Shown here one piece after another: positions 58,457-64,000 of a DNA stretch of 64,000 nucleotides (position 1 is its first letter; each line of letters opens with the position of its first letter). The notes under the pieces were generated by a model. The model searched no databases. It saw only the letters and a program-made list of their open reading frames with translations, and had not been told where the DNA came from. The stretch is from Candidatus Brocadiaceae bacterium (lineage in GTDB: Bacteria; Planctomycetota; Brocadiia; SM23-32). Where the stretch lies: NCBI GenBank assembly GCA_003551305.1, contig PUMJ01000156.1:27325-91324 (forward strand), in the 5' to 3' direction. A program made the position numbers and the translations under genes.

Positions 58457-59245
58457 ATGGACGAAATGCCGGACATCCTGGCCAGGATATGCCGCGCCAA
58501 GCGCGAGGAAGTGGCCGCGCTCAAGGCGGAAAAAGGCGCCGCCCTCCGCGAAGCCATCCGAAACGCCGGGCCCACCCGCGGGTTCCGCCGCGCCCTAACC
58601 GTCGACGAGACGGTGGCCCTCATCGCCGAGGTCAAGAAGGCGTCCCCCTCGGCGGGCCTCATCCGGCAGGACTTCGACCCCGTCCAGATAGCCCGCGCCT
58701 ACGAGCAGGCCGGCGCCGCCTGCGTCAGCGTGCTGACCGACCGGCAGTTCTTCCAGGGCGAGCCGAACTACCTGGCCCGCATACGCCGCGAAGTGCGCCT
58801 GCCCCTGCTGCGCAAGGACTTCATCCTGGACGAGTCGCAGGTGGTGGAGGCTCGCGCCCTGGGGGCAGACGCCTGCCTGCTTATCGTCGCAGCGCTGGAG
58901 CCCGCCCACCTGACGGAGCTGCTGGCCACCTGCTCGGAACTGCACATGGACGCGCTGGTCGAGGTCCACGACGAGACGGAACTGGAGATCGCGCTGGAGG
59001 CCGGCGCCGACCTGGTGGGCATCAACAACCGCGACCTGCGCACATTCCAGGTCGACCTTCAGACCTCCGAGCGGCTGGCGCCGCACGTGCCCGATGGCGT
59101 CGTCGTGGTGGCCGAGAGCGGCATCAGGATGCCCGACGATGTGCGCCGCCTCAAAGAGTGCGGCGTCCACGGGGTGCTGGTGGGAGAGACGCTGATGCGC
59201 GCCGCCGACGTGGAGGCCGCCGCCCGGACACTGGTGGGCATCTGA
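58457..59245 (+). CDS. trpC: indole-3-glycerol phosphate synthase
   Basis: IAEVKKASPSAG, SVLTD, LRKDFI, GINNRDL, AESGI. Confidence 0.97.
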   Translation: MDEMPDILARICRAKREEVAALKAEKGAALREAIRNAGPTRGFRRALTVDETVALIAEVKKASPSAGLIRQDFDPVQIARAYEQAGAACVSVLTDRQFFQGEPNYLARIRREVRLPLLRKDFILDESQVVEARALGADACLLIVAALEPAHLTELLATCSELHMDALVEVHDETELEIALEAGADLVGINNRDLRTFQVDLQTSERLAPHVPDGVVVVAESGIRMPDDVRRLKECGVHGVLVGETLMRAADVEAAARTLVGI

Positions 59246-59271
59246 CCGTCGCGCCTGCCCAATACCACCCC

Positions 59272-59492
59272 GGGCCTTCGGAGGGGACAAACTTCGGACA
59301 GGGTGCTCCACGTTCACCCCAGCCGGCCCTCTCAACGGTATTCCGCGCAACGCGCATCCTCTTGCAGCGCCGGGGCCGGCCCCGCAGGCGCGCCCCAAAA
59401 ATTCCTTGACATACGCCGGCGGCAGGCTATAACGGGGATATCGGAAATCGGAGACCAGGACCGCGTCTGACCCAAGGGGAGGGAGGATCATG
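59272..59492 (+). repeat. promoter/5' leader repeat, copy 1 (TTGACA-16-TATAAC at 59406-59433)
   Basis: Homologous to ~62606-62825 over its full length and to ~61525-61677 in part. Confidence 0.85.
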
Positions 59493-61463
59493 AGGAAGGC
59501 TGCCGGTGTTCTTGCCGTGGTAATGCTTGCCGGTTTCATGGTGAACGGGGCGGCCCTGGCCGCCGACCCGGCGCAGGCGGCGCCGGCCGATGCGTTCCTC
59601 TACCTCGAGGTCAACCGCCCGGCAGTCCAGGAGGCCCTGGCCATGGCGGCCTTGCCGCCCGTGGTGGGGCTGATCCCGGACCTGGGGCCGTTCCACGACC
59701 CGTTTGGCCACCTGGACGAGCTTCTGGACCAGGAGGCCGGCACCGTCAACCAAGCGGTCCGCGCGCTGCAGCGGGCCGCCTTCTGCGTCGGGCCCGCCGG
59801 CCCGATGTTGCTGGTATCCTTTGACGAAGCGTTCGCCCCCGCCCGGATACTTCCCGACGACGGGGCGGAGGCAGAAGGCGTTCACGCGCTTGATGACTAC
59901 ATGGCGCTGGCCGTCAGGGGACAGATTGTGTGTTTTGCCTCGCCGGAGGTGGGCCGCCGTTTCGTGGCGGGCGATTACTAGGCCCTGGCGGGTCGAGAGC
60001 GCTTCCGTGCGGCACGGCAAGAACGCGGTCGCGCGGACGTGTGGGCTTTCGCCGACGCTCCGGCCCTCATGCAGCTTGCCTTCGCCCAGGCCACGCGCGC
60101 AGAAGCCAAGAGAATGGAACTGGCGGTTGATCTCCTCGGTCTGGACGACGCCGAATACGCCGCCTTCGAATACGCCACGGATGAGCGGGCCGTGAACCTG
60201 ATGCTGAGGCTGGGGCAACCGGCCGACGGAGTCCTCTACCGGTTCCCCGAAGGGGCGCTCGACCTGGTGTCCCTCGTACCGGCGGAGCCGTCCGCTGCCC
60301 TGGTGTTCCGCTGGGACGACCCGGTCGCTTTCCTGGGCGGGGTGCGAGACGACATGATCCGGGTTGACACCACCCACTTTGAGGGTCCATTGGGGGAGGA
60401 CATCGCCGCCGCCGAGGAGGCGCTGGCCCTGAGGTTCGACGATCTGTTCGCGCAGCTTGGCGCGGGCTTCGCCCTCGTGCTGCCCCAGCCCGGCCCGGAC
60501 GGCCTGCTGCGCCCTGAGCAGTCTTACGCCGTCCTGCCGCTGGCGGACAGGGAGGGGTTCCGCGCCTCGCTGGGGCGGATAGCCGCAGCCGTAACGGGCG
60601 CGGCCCCTGCCGAGCGAACCGTGGCTGGCCTGCCGGCCGACTCCCTCATGATGCCGCCGCTGACGGTCGCCTACCTGGAGGACCGGGCCGTCATCGGCCT
60701 GGCCCCGGCCGCCATCGAGGCGTACGCGGCCTGGATCGAGGGCGACGGGCCGCCGATGATGGAAGAGCCGCCGCAGGCCGCCGGCCTGCTTTACCTGGAC
60801 ACGGGCCTGCTGATAAGCAGCTATCCGGAGCCGCTACCCGGCACGCAACTGCATCTCACTCTTGGCCGGACTGACCGGGATGTGCGGCTCACCGCCCGCG
60901 AGGCGGGTCCGCCGCTGTCACTGGGGCAGGCATACAAGGGCTATGCGGCGGTCATGGCCGCCATGCTGATGCCGGCCCTGAGCCGGGCCAGGGGGGAAGC
61001 CGGGAGAGCCGCAGACCGGGCCAATCTCCGCAATATCGGCCTTGCCCTGGCCATGTACAGATCCGAACACGACGAACACTATCCCCCGGGACTGTATGCG
61101 CTGGTCGAGAAGGGCTACCTCCACTCACCGGAGAACCTGGTCTCTCCGGGAGACCCCGACCCTCCCCGCATCGGGCCGCAGGGCTCCCCCTGCAGCTACG
61201 AGTACCCCGGCTCGCTGCCGGCCGACGTGCCTTGGGATGCCGCTGTGGCTTACACGCGGCGGGGCGTCTTCGCCGATGGCCGCCATGTCCTCTTCGCGGA
61301 CGGCAATGTGATCTTCGTGCCGGAGAGCCAGATTGCGAGCGGTTGGACGGGGCTCGGTTCGCTGCAGGAAACCTACAACTGGCTCATGGAGCGGCGAGAG
61401 GAGTGGCCCGAGGACGCCGACCCCGACCGCATCGCGGACTTCTACGGCATGCCGCGGCGGTGA
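59490..61463 (+). pseudogene. secreted protein with a C-terminal DUF1559/pilin-like domain, interrupted by an in-frame TAG at 59979-59981
   Basis: ORFs 59490-59981 and 60039-61463 are in the same frame, separated by one stop. Signal peptide; AMLMPALSRAR...DRANLRNIGLALAMY...VLFADG. Confidence 0.75.
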
Positions 61464-61524
61464 ATCCCCGCCTGGCAAGAGCCGTCTACGGCTGAGGCGC
61501 CCCGAGCGCGGCCGTTGTGTGGGA

Positions 61525-61677
61525 AATCCGCGTGGTGTGCATTCTCTCTGCGGCGCCCGAGTCAGGCTCGGCGGGTGCGCCGTAACCCTTTTGAAATACG
61601 CTCCTTACAGGGTAAGAAGGAGATGTCGGCAGCCGGGCGCCGGGACCTTGTCCGCTCAAGCGGGGGAGGGAACAATG
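61525..61677 (+). repeat. promoter/5' leader repeat, copy 2 (TTGAAA-16-TAAGAA at 61591-61618)
   Basis: Shares TAACCCT.TTGA.ATA.GCTCCTTACAGGGTA..AAGGAGAT.TCGGCAG with copy 3. Confidence 0.8.
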
Positions 61678-62232
61678 AGGAAGACCTTCCGCGTGGTTGG
61701 CGTGGTGATTCTCGCGGCTTTGGCGGTATTGTTGGCCGTCATGATAACACCGTCGCTTTTGGAGCCTCGGCGCAGGTCAAATGACCGCTCCAATCTTCGT
61801 ATGGTCGGCCTTGGACTGGTTCTTTACGGGTCCCAGCACGAGGGGCGTTTCCCCCCGGGACTGCATACGCTGGCAGAGGAAGGGCACATCGATTCGCCGA
61901 GGAGGTTGGTCTCGCCGGGGGACTCCAACCCTCCCAGTATCGGGCCGCAGGGCTTTCCGTGCAGCTACGAGTACCCGGGCCCACTGCCGGTTCGTGTGCA
62001 CCGGGGAATCGCTGTGGCTTACACGAGGCGGGGCGTCTTCCCCGACGGCCGCAATGTCCTCTTCGCCGATGGCAGTGTGCGCTTCGTGCGAGAGAGTCAT
62101 TTTTCGCGCGGTTGGACAGGGCGCGTTTCGCTCCAGGACGCATACAACTGGCTGATGGAGCGGAAGGAGTATCTGCCGGAGAACGCCGACCTGGACCGCA
62201 TCGCCGACTTCTACGGCATGTCCCGGCCGTAA
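61675..62232 (+). CDS. DUF1559/pilin-like protein, paralogue 2
   Basis: TM helix, DRSNLRMVGLGLVLY, CSYEYPG, GRNVLFADG, DLDRIADFYG. Confidence 0.8.
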   Translation: MRKTFRVVGVVILAALAVLLAVMITPSLLEPRRRSNDRSNLRMVGLGLVLYGSQHEGRFPPGLHTLAEEGHIDSPRRLVSPGDSNPPSIGPQGFPCSYEYPGPLPVRVHRGIAVAYTRRGVFPDGRNVLFADGSVRFVRESHFSRGWTGRVSLQDAYNWLMERKEYLPENADLDRIADFYGMSRP

Positions 62233-62341
62233 ACCCGGCTCCGAGACCCCCCGGCTATGGCCGAGGCATCCGCGTTGCGGACTGTGACGCCGTCTTTGCC
62301 GGGAGGAAAGGCTGGGTAGTTTCCGCTGCCGGCAAGCCGGC

Positions 62342-62584
62342 GTACCTGTTTAGCGTGTATTCGATCCGGCGGATCGCAGGGGCAAGGATGCCCCCGCGTG
62401 GCCGGCAGGGATGCCGGCGCTACAAACGGTCGGGAAACGCAGCTCCCCACGTAGCGCCACCTTCCAACCTTCGCCTCCAGCGAACGCTGGCCACCTGCGG
62501 GCATCTTGCCCGCAGTAAAAGGCGCACGCTAAACAGGTACAAGCCGGCAGTCGAAAGAGCGGCGGCAAGCCGCCGCAATCCAGG
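62342..62584. repeat. MITE/REP-like palindrome cluster
   Basis: 16-bp inverted repeat GTACCTGTTTAGCGTG (62342-62357) / CACGCTAAACAGGTAC (62525-62540); internal GCCGGCA-GGGA-TGCCGGC-GCTAC; adjacent GCGGCGGC-AA-GCCGCCGC. Confidence 0.65.
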
Positions 62585-62605
62585 GGCCGCTGCCCGCGCA
62601 CGCAC

Positions 62606-62825
62606 GGGCCTTCGGAGGGGCAAGCTTTGGACCGGGTGCTCCACGTTCACCCCACGCGGCCTTCTCACCGGCATTCCGCGCAAGGCGCACCTTTTCGCAG
62701 CGCCCGAGCACGGCCCCGCAGGCCGCGCTCTAACCCTCTTGACATAAGCTCCTTACAGGGTATAAAGGAGATATCGGCAGTCGGGGACCGGGACCGCGTC
62801 TGCCCCAAGGGGAGTAGGAACCATG
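62606..62825 (+). repeat. promoter/5' leader repeat, copy 3 (TTGACA-16-TATAAA at 62739-62766)
   Basis: Homologous to 59272-59492. Confidence 0.85.
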
Positions 62826-63395
62826 AAAAAGACCTTCCTCGTGGTTGGCATGGTGATTCTTTGGGCTTTCGTGGGCGCGATGGTTCTCATGATGATCTGG
62901 TCGCACCCGTCCATCCTGAGGACGGGGCCCCGGCGTAGACCGACTGACCGCGGCAATCTCCGCAATATCGGGATCGCCCTTTCGATGTACAGGTCCGTGC
63001 ATGAGGAGCCCTATCCCCCGGGACTGCATACGCTGGTGGAGGAGGGGTTCCTCCAGGGCCAGGAGAGCCTGGTGTCCCCGAACGACCCCGACCCTCCCCG
63101 CATCGGGCCGCAGGGCTATCCCTGCAGCTACGAGTACCCGGGCCCGCTACCGGCCGACGTGCCCCCGGATTTCGTAGTGGCTTACACGCGGCGAGGCGTC
63201 TTGTCCGAGGGCCGCAATGTCCTCTTCGCCGATGGCGCTGTGGTCTACGTGCCGGAGAGCGACATTGCGCGCGGCGAGACAGGGCGCGTTTCGCTCCAGG
63301 ACGCATACAACTGGCTCATGGAGCGGAAGGAGGATCTGCCGGAGGACGCCGACCTGGACCGCATCGCGGACTTTTACGGCGTGCCGCGGCCCTGA
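62823..63395 (+). CDS. DUF1559/pilin-like protein, paralogue 3
   Basis: TM helix, DRGNLRNIGIALSMY, CSYEYPG, GRNVLFADG, DLDRIADFYG. Confidence 0.82.
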   Translation: MKKTFLVVGMVILWAFVGAMVLMMIWSHPSILRTGPRRRPTDRGNLRNIGIALSMYRSVHEEPYPPGLHTLVEEGFLQGQESLVSPNDPDPPRIGPQGYPCSYEYPGPLPADVPPDFVVAYTRRGVLSEGRNVLFADGAVVYVPESDIARGETGRVSLQDAYNWLMERKEDLPEDADLDRIADFYGVPRP

Positions 63396-63491
63396 ACCCA
63401 CGGCGGCGGGGCATGTCCCCCGGCGGCGCTTGACTTCCGGGGCGTGCCCGATTACTAAGGGGACGCTGCATCTTCCCGTAAGGAGGCCTTC

Positions 63492-64000
63492 ATGCGTGTT
63501 CCGATAGACCGTGACCCGTTTGCCGACCGCGCGGACACCGCCCGTCCCCTGTGGAGGGATGTCTTCGTGTGGCCGGCCCGCTGGATACACCCCCCCGAGC
63601 CGCCGGCCCCGCCCCTGGTGGTCGCCTATCGCTGCCGGGTTGAGCTGCCGAGCGCCCGCACCGTGCGGCTCCACGTGAGCGCCGACGAACGCTACGAGCT
63701 GTTCCTGGACGGCGCGCGCGTCGGCCGCGGCCCCGAACGCGGAGACGCCGCCAACTGGTTCTTCGAGACCTACGACCTGGACCTCTCCGGTGGCGAGCAT
63801 ATGCTGGTGGCGCGCGTCTGGAGCCTGGGGCCTGACCTGGCGCCGGCCGCGCAGGTGAGCGTCGAGCACGGGCTGCTGGTCTGCCCGCAGGAGGAAGAGC
63901 TCCTCGAAAGCCTGGCGACCGGGACGGCCCCCTGGGAGTGCCGGGTGCTGGAGGGCTACTCCTTCAGCGTGCCCTCGCGGGCGGGCCTGAGCGGCGCCCG
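63492..64000 (+). CDS. alpha-L-rhamnosidase (GH78)-like protein, N-terminal part (runs off the window)
   Basis: AGGAGG RBS; WPARWIHP...LHVSADERYELFLDGARVGRGPERGD. Confidence 0.78.
   Translation, partial: MRVPIDRDPFADRADTARPLWRDVFVWPARWIHPPEPPAPPLVVAYRCRVELPSARTVRLHVSADERYELFLDGARVGRGPERGDAANWFFETYDLDLSGGEHMLVARVWSLGPDLAPAAQVSVEHGLLVCPQEEELLESLATGTAPWECRVLEGYSFSVPSRAGLSGA

Noticed and set aside
60950..63395. Diversity-generating retroelement (TR/VR) explanation for the paralogous repeats
   Set aside because: No reverse transcriptase in the window, all copies are coding, and the differences are not restricted to adenines.
1..64000. CRISPR array, prophage, transposase or integron integrase
   Set aside because: No regularly spaced short repeats and no recognisable cas, phage, transposase or recombinase genes were seen.

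Overview
High-GC bacterial chromosomal window, probably from a member of the PVC superphylum (inferred from the many Cys-type sulfatases, a PmoA-like protein and DUF1559-like pilin genes). From left to right: an NqrBCDEF-type membrane redox operon with no nqrA; sulfatases, an FKBP and a GH38; transport and vWA genes; a tRNA-Gln/tRNA-Glu pair; a DUF3604 gene divergent from an aldolase and a YihV-like kinase; and a minus-strand stress/redox block (PfpI, ferredoxin, Hsp20, LacD-like aldolase, tpx, amrS, PRTase, YyaL, DUF2156, DHH). Next comes an ~18 kb plus-strand glycan/sulfate catabolic island containing several deleted gene relics and structured repeats. It is followed by argG-mutL-aroB, an anSME-STAS-epimerase-PmoA-PMI-trpC run, three tandem pilin-like paralogues each with a copy of the same promoter, and the start of a GH78-like gene. 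The most notable observations are a type I phosphomannose-isomerase-like cupin with its metal-binding motifs in a rearranged order, a duplicated and reciprocally decayed sulfatase block, ~200-bp structured direct repeats bracketing a secreted hydrolase gene, and the cassette-like pilin array, whose first gene carries an in-frame amber stop. All family calls come from motif recognition by eye; no database search was run.
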